This document shows positions 44,910-54,300 of a stretch of DNA of 64,000 nucleotides, one piece after another; the stretch's first letter is position 1, and each line of letters starts with the position of its first letter. A model generated the notes under the pieces. The model had not been told where the DNA came from. It made no database searches and was given only the letters and a program-made list of their open reading frames with translations. The stretch is taken from NCBI GenBank assembly GCA_965240465.1, contig OZ251219.1, positions 640,001-704,000 of the forward strand, read 5' to 3'. The DNA comes from a bacterium (GTDB lineage Bacteria > SAR324 > JACQKK01). A program made the translations under genes and the position numbers.

Positions 44910-47900
44910 TCAGGGTACGGATTCCAGTTGTAATCTTTGTTGATAGGCTTGGGCAGATTTTTGGTGTTTGCCGAGGTGGTAGTACAAGCTACCGATGATG
45001 TCTAGTACTTGGGCGATTTTAGTTTGTGGTTCTTTTAGTTGTCGCAAGAGGTTTTCCAGTAGGAGGTAGGCATCCAGTTGTTGTTCGGGTGTGGTTTGCG
45101 ATAGTTGGGGGCAGATTTGTTGGAGGAGGGCTAAGTTTTTTTGATTGGGGGGGGGATTTTTGGAGAATGTTTTCCAAGCTTCCAGCGGTTGATTTTTTTG
45201 CAGATATATTTGTACGAGCAGGTTTGAGAGCCAATTAGGTATGGCAGTTTTGGCTGGCCAGTGTAGGAGTGCCAGTTTTCCCAAGTTGAAGGCTAGTTCT
45301 GGCTGTGGCGGGGATGTTTGCAAGTAGCAGCGTGCCAGCAGGGCTTGCAGGCGAGTAAGGGACGGGAGTGAGGAGGGGGTATTTAGGTGTTCTAGCCAAG
45401 TCAGTTGGGAGGTAAGGAGTTTTATCAGGGTACGGGAGGGATTTTTTTCCAGTTGGATTAGGTGTTCGCAGGCTAGGGTCAGGGAGGGGGGGTCTTGGGT
45501 TTGTCGGGCAATGGCGAGCCACTGCTGGGCTGCTTCTTGTTGGGAGGGGGTGGGGTGGGTGGGGGTATTTTGGTTGGGTTCAGGGGGATTGTCAGGGGGA
45601 TTGTCAGGGGGGTTGTCAGGGGGTTTGTGGAGGTGTAGTTGGCTTTGATTAAATACCCGATGAACTTCCAGCAGCTGTTTTTTTAGGTTTGGGGGGTCGG
45701 CTGGGGAGGTATGCTGAAGAGCTTGGGGGATATGCAGATCTTGGGGGGGGGGGTTATGCTGAAGGGCTTGTTGAGCTAGTTTTCGGGCGAGAGCCCAGTT
45801 TTGGTATTTGGCAGCTTGGGAGGCGGTTTTGGCTAGGAGTTCAAATTCCAGATTTTTTAGGTTGAGGTCTTTAAGTTGCGGGTCTGGCGAGGTAGTTTTT
45901 TTCAGTTCGGTGGTTATGGCAGCAGGGCAGGTTTGGATGGCTCGTAGCAAGCAGCCGAGCAGTGCAGGTTCACAGCTATTGCTTAGGCTGTAAGAAAGCG
46001 GGCAGATTTTTTGATATAGCTGATACAACTGCAATAGGGAGGAGTATTGTTTAAATTCATCCAGCAACAGGGCTAGTTCTGCTAGATTGGCTTGCTGACT
46101 TTCCCATAAGAGTTGAAGGTCTTTTTTAGGCAACTCAGAGGAATTTAAGACGGTCATTCCTTTTAGGAGCAAGGAACAGGCTTTTTCCCAGCTGGCAGGT
46201 CCCATTTTTTGGAGCAGGTTTTTTGTCAGGGGCTGGCGTAACCCACTGGGTAGCTGCCAGAAGCCAGCGGATAGTCGTTGTAACCAGCCCTCAGATTCTA
46301 GCTTTTCCAAAGCCAGCTGCCATTTTGACGCACAGCAATGCCCTAGTAATTCGCTAGGCAAGGCAGCTGGACACAGGCTAAACAGAGTTAACAATTCTAT
46401 CTCCACGGCACTCCACTTGGATACATGGGTACTCACCAGCCAATCCAACAACGCTTTTGAGGCTTCTGCCAAATGAAAAGATGAGTGAGAAGCGGAAGCC
46501 GAGGTTACCGCAACAGAGGTTACCGCAACAGAGGTTACCGCAACGGAAGTTACCGTGGCAGAGGTTACCGCAGTCGCCTTATATTTATCCCAGCAAGAAC
46601 TCACTATCTCTGGCGAAGGCCAAGGCGAAAGTCGCGATAATAAACGACCCAATAATAAATGCTGTCCGCACAAAGCGAGCAACTGCTGAGCATCAGGACG
46701 AGCTCTAACCTCTCGCATCCAGCTGGGACCGAATACTTGCTCCAATTCTTCTTCCTCCAAGGGAGCTAACTCCAGAACCTCAGCTGCCTTGAGGGAATCC
46801 GAGCTTTGATTGCCTACCAGCAAGGTACAACTTTTACCCTCCAGCTCTGCCAAGCGAACTGCCAAACCAAGCCAGCTTGGCTTATGCTCCACATGCTCCA
46901 GCACCAATAAGTGGGAGGTATTCCTCCAAGCTGAGGCAATCAGGCTCTGGTACTTATCAGCTGGTACTTCGGGTAGAGCCAACATCTTTCCTAGCAATTG
47001 CCACGGAGCAGTACTATCAGCTGGGTTGTTGTCATTTGGGTTGTTGTCATTGCGGCTCGGGATAACTGCGGGAGACCAAAATTCTAGTTCTTCCAAGCTA
47101 GGGGAAAGGAAATCTCCATCAAGGTGGATCACCTTGTCGTAACGGGACTTAACATGCTTTAGGGCTGCATGTACTAGGGTACTTTTTCCTCCGCTGGGGG
47201 AGGATCTTAATTGCAAAAAAGCTGGAGCTTCTGCCCTGAGGTGACTCAGTAATGTTAGCAAGCTCTGATGCCGATCGGCGCAGCGATTCGTCGGTGAGGG
47301 ATTCGTTGGCGAGGGATTCATCGGTGAGGGATTTGTTGGCGAGGGATTCATCGGTGAGGGATTTGTTGGCGAGGAAGGTGCTAAATTAACTAAGGTATCC
47401 AGGGGGGGTGATTGCCAGAATTTTTGTTTTCGCGGGATAGATTGCTCGGACAGAGTTGGCTGAGACAGGGTTGGCTGAGACAGGGTTGGCTGAGACAGAG
47501 TTGGCTGAGACCAAGATTGCTGAAAGCGTAAATAAGCCCATTGTCCCTGATGTCCTCCCCAGAGAGCAACATGCTGGATGGCAGCCAGATGGCTAGCTTC
47601 GGGGGAATTTCCTTGGGCAAGCTGCAAAGATAATCGCTGGAAATAGCGTTGTTGCACTGGGGCAGATAGCTGTCCTCTGAGTCGGATCAGGGCGGGAATA
47701 CCGCTATTGAGTAGGGTACAATCCACGGTGTGACTATGAGAGGGATTGAGCCAGCTGGATGAATCCTGCAATAAGAGCAATTTTAAGCCCGCCTTAGCCG
47801 CAGAACTCCACCGACCGTACATGGAACGGTTGTCTAGGATTTCCAATTTTGCCGAGGGACTTTCCAAGTACCAGCCGTATTCATCGGCATAGCAGCTGAG

Positions 47901-48782
47901 CCAGAGCAGATCAGGAGGCTCAGCCAGCAAGCGACTTAATTTAGCGGCTGATAGTGGTTCTAGTACTCGGTGATCAAAGCGTCCTTGTGGGTTGGGGGGG
48001 CTGGGGGGGCTGGGGGGGGGCAAGTTAAGAATATCTGGTGGGAGTGTCCTTTGCATGCGTTGCAAGCGATTAACCATGGCTGCCTGAGTAGATTGGTGAG
48101 GAGGTTGGGCGGTAGCAGTGACCAAGCGGAGGGGGTGGGGTAGGGTGGGGGTCGGGAGGCCTAGGTCTAGCGAGGCTGGGATAGCGGGAGCGGAGAGGGG
48201 TATTTGGGGGACATCAGGGCGGGCAGTATTTTCTGGGTACTGATTCCTTGGGCACTGCTCTTGGGAGTACCTTTTGGGATGCTCTTGGGAGTACCTTTTG
48301 GGATGCTCTTGGGAGTACCTTTTGGGATGCTCTTGGGGATACCTTTGCGGGTACCTTCGGGGATACCTTTGCGGGTACCTTCGGGGATGCTCTTGGGAGT
48401 ACTTGTGTTCTCCCAAGCGAATTATTCCGCGAGATAATGCCAGCCACATACGCCCGTCATGGAGAAGTTCCCAAGGATAATCGGCCCATTGGGGTTCGGT
48501 TTGGAGTAACAGGGGGCCGGGATTTTTTTTATCTAGCCAGAGGGAGGCACTGATCCAAGCGAATAGGGCTTCACCCAGTTCTCTAAAGGCTCTGGCTTCT
48601 GGTGCTTGAGTGGGCGACCACGTGCCAGCCAGCGAGTGTTCATGCCAGCGAGTTAGCTGTTCTTGCAGCGAACTAGGCGGCTGAGAAAGAGGATAATGGT
48701 CTTTTTGTAGGGGCAATTCCACTTGCTGAGAAAGCAATCGCACCCAGTCATAAGAGGAGTAAATTAAGCTAGGGCCTTCCAT
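44910..48782 (-). CDS. Large degenerate CHAT-like / P-loop NTPase / TPR protein with several internal repeat arrays
   Basis: WADYPWELLHDG (pre-CHAT motif), SPSGGKSTL (Walker A-like), LLVLEHVE (Walker B-like), C-terminal VLDIIGSLYYHLG..QKSAQAYQ TPR. Confidence 0.55.
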   Translation of the reverse strand: MEGPSLIYSSYDWVRLLSQQVELPLQKDHYPLSQPPSSLQEQLTRWHEHSLAGTWSPTQAPEARAFRELGEALFAWISASLWLDKKNPGPLLLQTEPQWADYPWELLHDGRMWLALSRGIIRLGEHKYSQEHPRRYPQRYPRRYPQRYPQEHPKRYSQEHPKRYSQEHPKRYSQEQCPRNQYPENTARPDVPQIPLSAPAIPASLDLGLPTPTLPHPLRLVTATAQPPHQSTQAAMVNRLQRMQRTLPPDILNLPPPSPPSPPNPQGRFDHRVLEPLSAAKLSRLLAEPPDLLWLSCYADEYGWYLESPSAKLEILDNRSMYGRWSSAAKAGLKLLLLQDSSSWLNPSHSHTVDCTLLNSGIPALIRLRGQLSAPVQQRYFQRLSLQLAQGNSPEASHLAAIQHVALWGGHQGQWAYLRFQQSWSQPTLSQPTLSQPTLSQPTLSEQSIPRKQKFWQSPPLDTLVNLAPSSPTNPSPMNPSPTNPSPMNPSPTNPSPTNRCADRHQSLLTLLSHLRAEAPAFLQLRSSPSGGKSTLVHAALKHVKSRYDKVIHLDGDFLSPSLEELEFWSPAVIPSRNDNNPNDNNPADSTAPWQLLGKMLALPEVPADKYQSLIASAWRNTSHLLVLEHVEHKPSWLGLAVRLAELEGKSCTLLVGNQSSDSLKAAEVLELAPLEEEELEQVFGPSWMREVRARPDAQQLLALCGQHLLLGRLLSRLSPWPSPEIVSSCWDKYKATAVTSATVTSVAVTSVAVTSVAVTSASASHSSFHLAEASKALLDWLVSTHVSKWSAVEIELLTLFSLCPAALPSELLGHCCASKWQLALEKLESEGWLQRLSAGFWQLPSGLRQPLTKNLLQKMGPASWEKACSLLLKGMTVLNSSELPKKDLQLLWESQQANLAELALLLDEFKQYSSLLQLYQLYQKICPLSYSLSNSCEPALLGCLLRAIQTCPAAITTELKKTTSPDPQLKDLNLKNLEFELLAKTASQAAKYQNWALARKLAQQALQHNPPPQDLHIPQALQHTSPADPPNLKKQLLEVHRVFNQSQLHLHKPPDNPPDNPPDNPPEPNQNTPTHPTPSQQEAAQQWLAIARQTQDPPSLTLACEHLIQLEKNPSRTLIKLLTSQLTWLEHLNTPSSLPSLTRLQALLARCYLQTSPPQPELAFNLGKLALLHWPAKTAIPNWLSNLLVQIYLQKNQPLEAWKTFSKNPPPNQKNLALLQQICPQLSQTTPEQQLDAYLLLENLLRQLKEPQTKIAQVLDIIGSLYYHLGKHQKSAQAYQQRLQLESVP
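48256..48402. repeat. In-frame 24/12-bp array (YSQEHPKR / YPQR / YPRR); further arrays in this gene near 45580-45622, 46501-46572, 47286-47374 and 47450-47510
   Basis: Read directly. Confidence 0.88.
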
Positions 48783-48829
48783 GGTGTTCTTGCGGTGGAT
48801 GATACTGCGTGTGCTATATTGGCTGTACC

Positions 48830-49996
48830 ATGACCGTTAATCAAACTACACCCTTAAAATTTGAATTATGTTCTACCGATGGTCAAGCTCGGCGGGGGAA
48901 ATTGATTTCTGCTTGGGGGGAGGTAGAGACTCCAGTGTTTATGCCAGTTGCCAGTCAGGGAGCCATCAAGACTTTGCCGATCTGGCAGGGGCAGAAATTA
49001 GGAGTGGGGGCTTTGTTGAGTAATAGTTATCATTTGCATTTGCAGCCTGGGGAGGATTTAGTACATGCGGCTGGAGGGATCCATCGTTGGATGGGCTGGC
49101 AGGGGCTGGTGATAACTGATAGTGGTGGTTATCAGGTATTTTCATTACCCAAGCGAAAAATTACTGAGGAGGGGGTATCCTTTATCACGCAGCGGGGCGA
49201 GCTGAGGCTGACCCCAGAAAAAGCGATGGAGATCCAGCAAAAGCTGGGGGCTGATATTGTCATGGTGCTGGATGAATGCTTAGCTTATCCTGCTTCTTAT
49301 AAAATGGCGCGACAAGCCATGGAACGCACTGTACGCTGGGCTGAGCGTTGTCAGACGGCTCATCATCGGGCGGATCATCGTCAGGCGGATCATCATCAGG
49401 GACAGGCTTTGTTTGCGATTGTGCAGGGGGGGACTCATGCGGATCTTCGCCAGGGCTGTGTAGAGCAACTAGCAGCTCTGAATCTAGCGGGAATGGCAAT
49501 CGGAGGCTTGAGTGTAGGAGAGGGCATAGAGGTCATGACCACGGTACTGGGCTTTACGGTAGAACATATGCCTGCTGATCGTCCTCGTTATTTAATGGGC
49601 GTGGGGTTGCCTGAGGACATCTTGACCGCGGTGGAAATGGGGATAGACATGTGTGATTGCGTGATCCCTACTAAATATGCTCGTTCTGGGGTATTATTCA
49701 CTCGGGTGGGACGCCTGCGAATTACGGGTGGTAGCTATCGCAAGGACGGCTTCCCGATTGACTCAGACTGCGATTGTTTAACTTGTCGGCATCATTCGCG
49801 GGCATATTTGCATCACTTATTTCGCAATCGGGACCCTTTATCGCAAACGCTGGCTACCATTCATAATCTGCATTTTTATCTCGGGCTGATGTCGCAGGCA
49901 CGACAAGCGATTACCGAAAAACGCTTCTCGGCTTTCAAACGAGAAACGCTGGCTCTTTATCAGAGAGAGGGAAAGAAAAATCAACGGGTCAGCTAA
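48830..49996 (+). CDS. tgt: Queuine tRNA-ribosyltransferase (tRNA-guanine transglycosylase)
   Basis: ETPVFMPV, TDSGGYQVFSL, LFAIVQGG, IGGLSVGE, RPRYLMGVG, CDC.TC..H Zn site, HNL.FY. Confidence 0.96.
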   Translation: MTVNQTTPLKFELCSTDGQARRGKLISAWGEVETPVFMPVASQGAIKTLPIWQGQKLGVGALLSNSYHLHLQPGEDLVHAAGGIHRWMGWQGLVITDSGGYQVFSLPKRKITEEGVSFITQRGELRLTPEKAMEIQQKLGADIVMVLDECLAYPASYKMARQAMERTVRWAERCQTAHHRADHRQADHHQGQALFAIVQGGTHADLRQGCVEQLAALNLAGMAIGGLSVGEGIEVMTTVLGFTVEHMPADRPRYLMGVGLPEDILTAVEMGIDMCDCVIPTKYARSGVLFTRVGRLRITGGSYRKDGFPIDSDCDCLTCRHHSRAYLHHLFRNRDPLSQTLATIHNLHFYLGLMSQARQAITEKRFSAFKRETLALYQREGKKNQRVS

Positions 49997-50069
49997 ACCC
50001 GATCGCTAAACCCGATCGCCAAACCCGACCGCTAAACTCGATCGCCAAACCCGACCGCTAAACTCGATC
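49992..50069. repeat. 6 x 13 bp array (GCYAAACYCGAYC) starting at the tgt stop codon
   Basis: Read directly. Confidence 0.93.
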
Positions 50070-50123
50070 TTGGCAACTGGAATTAGCTCTCCGCCCCTCG
50101 CCCCCCCCTCCTCAGTTGCTTTG

Positions 50124-50519
50124 CTATTCTTTGGGAGAACTTACAGGCGACTTGACGAGATTTTCGGTCACCTTAGCTTTAAGGCTGGAACAAATATTCT
50201 CAAACACTTGGGGCTGTTGAACGGCAATGTTTGCCAGCACCTTGCGATTTAGTCCCATATCGGACTGCCGAGCCGCACAGATAAACTGGCTATAACTCAA
50301 CCCCAACTGACGACAAGCAGCATTGATACGCACAATCCATAAACGCCGAAAATCGCGTTTCTTTATCCGTCGGTCACGATAGGCGTAGCTATGGGCTCTA
50401 TCAACGGCATTGCGTACGGTACGCCACAAACGCCTCCGTCCGCCACAATAACCTTTGGCGGCTTTGAAATAATTACTTTTTCGCTTGCGGGCAGCCACGG
50501 CCCTCTTGATCTTCGCCAT
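50124..50519 (-). CDS. rplT: 50S ribosomal protein L20
   Basis: AKGYCG.R, YAYRDRRIKKRDFRRLWIVRINAACR..GLSYSQF, LNRKVLA. Confidence 0.96.
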   Translation of the reverse strand: MAKIKRAVAARKRKSNYFKAAKGYCGGRRRLWRTVRNAVDRAHSYAYRDRRIKKRDFRRLWIVRINAACRQLGLSYSQFICAARQSDMGLNRKVLANIAVQQPQVFENICSSLKAKVTENLVKSPVSSPKE

Positions 50520-50583
50520 TGGCAACTAATAACTGAAATAAAACAAAAAATTAAGCTAAAACAATCAACCTAACAAAAAATAC

Positions 50584-50784
50584 CTAGCGATAAGGAAGCA
50601 GGCATTTCAGCAATGGTCTATCGGCCGCGGAAACGTATCCACTATGACGCAGGCGACGCTTAGCGGTCGTGTTTTTACGCCGCATAAAATGCCGCATACC
50701 CGCCTTCTTGCGTTTGAGCTTACCCTTAGCGGTAAAAGAAAAACGCTTGGCAGCGGAACGATTGGTCTTCATTTTGTACGCCAT
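50584..50784 (-). CDS. rpmI: 50S ribosomal protein L35
   Basis: MAYKMKTNRSAAKRFSFTAKGKLKRKKAGMRH...LLPY. Confidence 0.95.
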   Translation of the reverse strand: MAYKMKTNRSAAKRFSFTAKGKLKRKKAGMRHFMRRKNTTAKRRLRHSGYVSAADRPLLKCLLPYR

Positions 50785-50857
50785 ATCTACCCGTATGCTG
50801 TCTGTGTGCCGTCTATCTGCCAGTGACGATGAAAATCTAACTGACCCCAACTCCCCG

Positions 50858-50886
50858 ACCATACTCAAATAAAATCGCTTATGCAA
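50858..50886 (-). promoter_or_regulatory. Putative sigma70 promoter for rpmI-rplT
   Basis: Minus strand TTGCAT-N17-TATGGT. Confidence 0.5.
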
Positions 50887-51101
50887 GCCTTAAAAATACT
50901 CTAAAAACATTGCAACCCAAAAAACTTGATCATTAACTCAAAAAACTCAATATGCTCATAAGACGCTTCTTATAAAATAACAAACCTCAGCACCGAACTT
51001 CCCATAATCATCCAAGTTAATGGCCAGTTACTCTGTAAGCAACCCCGCTTAATTACAAAATACGCCTTCGTTCAGGGTGCGGGGACGCCCTAGGCTACCC
51101 C

Positions 51102-51231
51102 CCCCCCTAGGAAGATTGCCTAAAGAAATGTGCCTCTAGCTACCTCCGAGGACTATTACAGCGGCGGGTGCTTTTTCAAGCCGAGGCATGCCTTAGGATT
51201 AGCCTTTCAGGCAGTTAATCTACAGGGAAAG
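51102..51231 (-). ncRNA. Candidate rod-shaped structured RNA (6S-like), strand tentative
   Basis: Nested complementary arms found by eye: TTCCCTG/TAGGGGG, AGATT/AATCT, TGCCTGAAAG/CTTTAGGCA, TGCCTC/GAGGCA. Confidence 0.4.
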
Positions 51232-51275
51232 TGTGCTAAGATGATTACACCTTAAACAGACACTCCGAAAAAAAC

Positions 51276-51304
51276 TTGACACAATGTGAATTGTAGTATA
51301 TAAG
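51276..51304 (+). promoter_or_regulatory. Near-consensus sigma70 promoter of giant lipoprotein 1
   Basis: A7 tract, TTGACA-N17-TATAAG. Confidence 0.75.
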
Positions 51305-51384
51305 TATGACCTAGACCCCATCATTTGTAGATCACCATTACCTGCAGATCACGGTTTTTATCCAATCAGATTAAAAGGGCACCC

Positions 51385-54300
51385 ATGAGAAAATTATTTC
51401 TACAACACTGGCGACTATTAGCCGGTTTAATTATTACCATAATCCTAGCCAGCTGTGGTGGTGGTGGTGGTGGCAGTGGTGGTAGCGGATCTATTGATAC
51501 CGATGGCGATGGCATCGCCGATTTTGAGGCAGATGGCACCACCAAGAAAGACCTATGCTCCCCTAGTGAAGATGAGAAATTCGTCAGTACCCCCATAACT
51601 GACTACGATCGCGACGGTTGCGAGGATGCTGGCGAAGACGAAGATGATGATAATGATGGGATCAACGATTTTAATGATAGTGGTATCAAACTAGACAAAT
51701 GCTCTACCAGTCCCACCGGCTTCACCAGCTCCACCGCCACCGACGCTGATGGTGATGGTTGCCAAGATTCTGGCACAGGTGGTGCGGTTGGCGAAGATAT
51801 GGATGGCGGTGCTGGCACCGACACAGACAATGATGGCCAACCAGACGACGATGATGATGATGATGACAATGATACCATTCTAGATGGCAATGACTTGGAT
51901 GATAACGGCAACGGTCTGATAGAGATTTCCACTGCCGAGGAGCTGGGCAATATCCGCTACGATCTGGACGGCAGTCATTATGATGAAGAAGAAGATGACC
52001 TAGGAGATAAGGTAGGATCTGATGCAGGTTGTCCCACTACCGTAGGTTGCATCGGCTATGAACTAGTTGATAACATTGACTTAGGAGCCCCCGTTGCCAC
52101 TGCTACCAGTAACTGGGAGCCCATTGATGGAGAATTTACCGCCACCTTAGAAGGCAATAATTACACCATCAGTAACTTAACCATTAACAGTGGCACCCAA
52201 TACACAAGCTTCTTTACGGTCTTGGGGAACCGCGGCACAGTCCGAAACTTGTCCTTTGTAGCAGGTTCAGTTACTAGTAGCTACACTCTTGCTCCCACCA
52301 ACAATTTCAGCCATGTGGGGGTTCTGGTAGGCAGTAGTTCAGGAAAAATATCCAAGGTTTCTGCGAATCTACTGATTTTTGTCAGCCCGAGTAATAATGA
52401 CTATGTGGGTGGTTTGGTGGGCTTTAATGATGGGATCATCCAAGATAGCTATGTCACTGGCACCGTTAATGGCGGTGATGGTAGTAATGGCTCTGTGGGC
52501 GGCTTAGTAGGCTCAAATTCTCTTAGTGGTACCATCCAAGATAGCTATGCCACTGGCACCGTTAATGGCGGTGATGGTAATGAAGTCTCTGTGGGCGGTT
52601 TGGTGGGCTTTAACAATGGGATCATCCAAAATAGCTCTGCCGCTGGCACCGTTAATGGCGGTGATGGTAATGAAGTCTCTGTGGGCGGCTTAGTAGGCTT
52701 AAATTCTCTTGGTGGTATCATCCAAGATAGCTATGCCACTGGCTCTGTTAATGGCGGTGCTGGTAATGAAATCTCTGTGGGCGGCTTGGCGGGTACATCT
52801 AGTGGCACCATCGGAAATAGCTTTGCCACTGGCAATGCCACTGGCAATGTCGGAAATGCTAGCTTCGTGGGCGGCTTGGTGGGATATATCCTTGAAAAAA
52901 ACACCATCGGAAATAGCTTTGCCACTGGTAATGCTACTGGCGGTGCTGGTAATAATGACTGGGTGGGTGGCTTGGTGGGAAATGTTGATGCTGGAACCAT
53001 CCAGAACAGTTATTCCATAGGTGTTGCTGATGGCGGTGCCGGAGATTTTGACTTTGTGGGCGGCTTGGTGGGATATATTGCGTCTGGAACCATCCAGAAC
53101 AATTATTCCCTAAGTGTTGTTAATGGTGGTGATGGAGACGATAGGGTGGGCAGCTTAATTGGCAATACAAGAGATGATACAATCACAATTACTGGTAACT
53201 ATTACAATAGTGATAGTGAATTGAATGGCGAAAAAATAAAATCATTTACAGGCCCTGAGGCCACCGGTAAAACTAGCACTCAACTAAAAGAATTGAATGC
53301 CAATACCACCGCTAGTGATTTTGGCACGGACGGTTGGAGCACCAACAACTGGAATTTTGGCTCAAACAAACAATATCCCAGTCTGAGATCATACCAGGAT
53401 AATCCCCCCGGCGTCCAAACTGAAGGCGATTTGCTCTGTAGGCAAGATATCAACTTCGTTCAGTGTAGTGACACCGATGGCGACAATGATGGAGTGAAGG
53501 ATGGTGATGCAGATGGAAACCCTCTGGACCTATGTCCCCGTAGCCCTTCTGGCTTCACCAGCTCCTCCACCACCGACGCTGATGGCGATGGTTGCCAAGA
53601 TGGAGCAGGAAACGAAGACAAAGATGGTGGCACTGGTGAAGACACGGATAATGATGGCAAATATGGCAATGACCCCAATGATAGCACCATTAGGCTTGAT
53701 AAGTGCGAAGACGGCGACAAAGGCTGGACTAGCACCACCACCACCGATATTGATGGCGATGGTTGCCAAGACTCTGGCGAAGATAACGATGATGACAACG
53801 ATAACATAATCGACACTGATGACCAATGCCCTCTTGTCGCTGCTACTACTGATGCTAATAACGATGGTTGTACAGACATCGCAGACATCGCCGATAAAGA
53901 TAACGATGGCATAGACGACGCCACTGATGTAGATGACGACGGCGACGGTCTGATAGAGATTTCCACTGCTGAGGAGCTAAACAACATCCGCTACGATCTG
54001 GACGGCAGTCATTATGATGAAGAAGAAGATGACCTAGGAGATAAGGTAGGATCTGATGCAGGTTGTCCCACTACCGTAGGTTGCATCGGCTATGAACTAG
54101 TTGATAACATTGACTTAGGAGCCCCCGTTGCCACTGCTACCAGTAACTGGGAGCCCATTGATGGAGAATTTGCCGCCACCTTAGAAGGCAATAACAACAC
54201 CATCAGTAACCTGATCCTCTCCACCACTACTCAACACACCGGCTTCTTTACAAGATTGGGCTCTACTAGCACAGTTAGAAACTTGTCCTTTGTAACAAGT

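Noticed and set aside
51098-51107. C10 tract as a phase-variation switch for the giant lipoprotein
   Set aside because: About 170 bp upstream of the -35, not in the spacer or coding region; better explained as part of the hairpin arm
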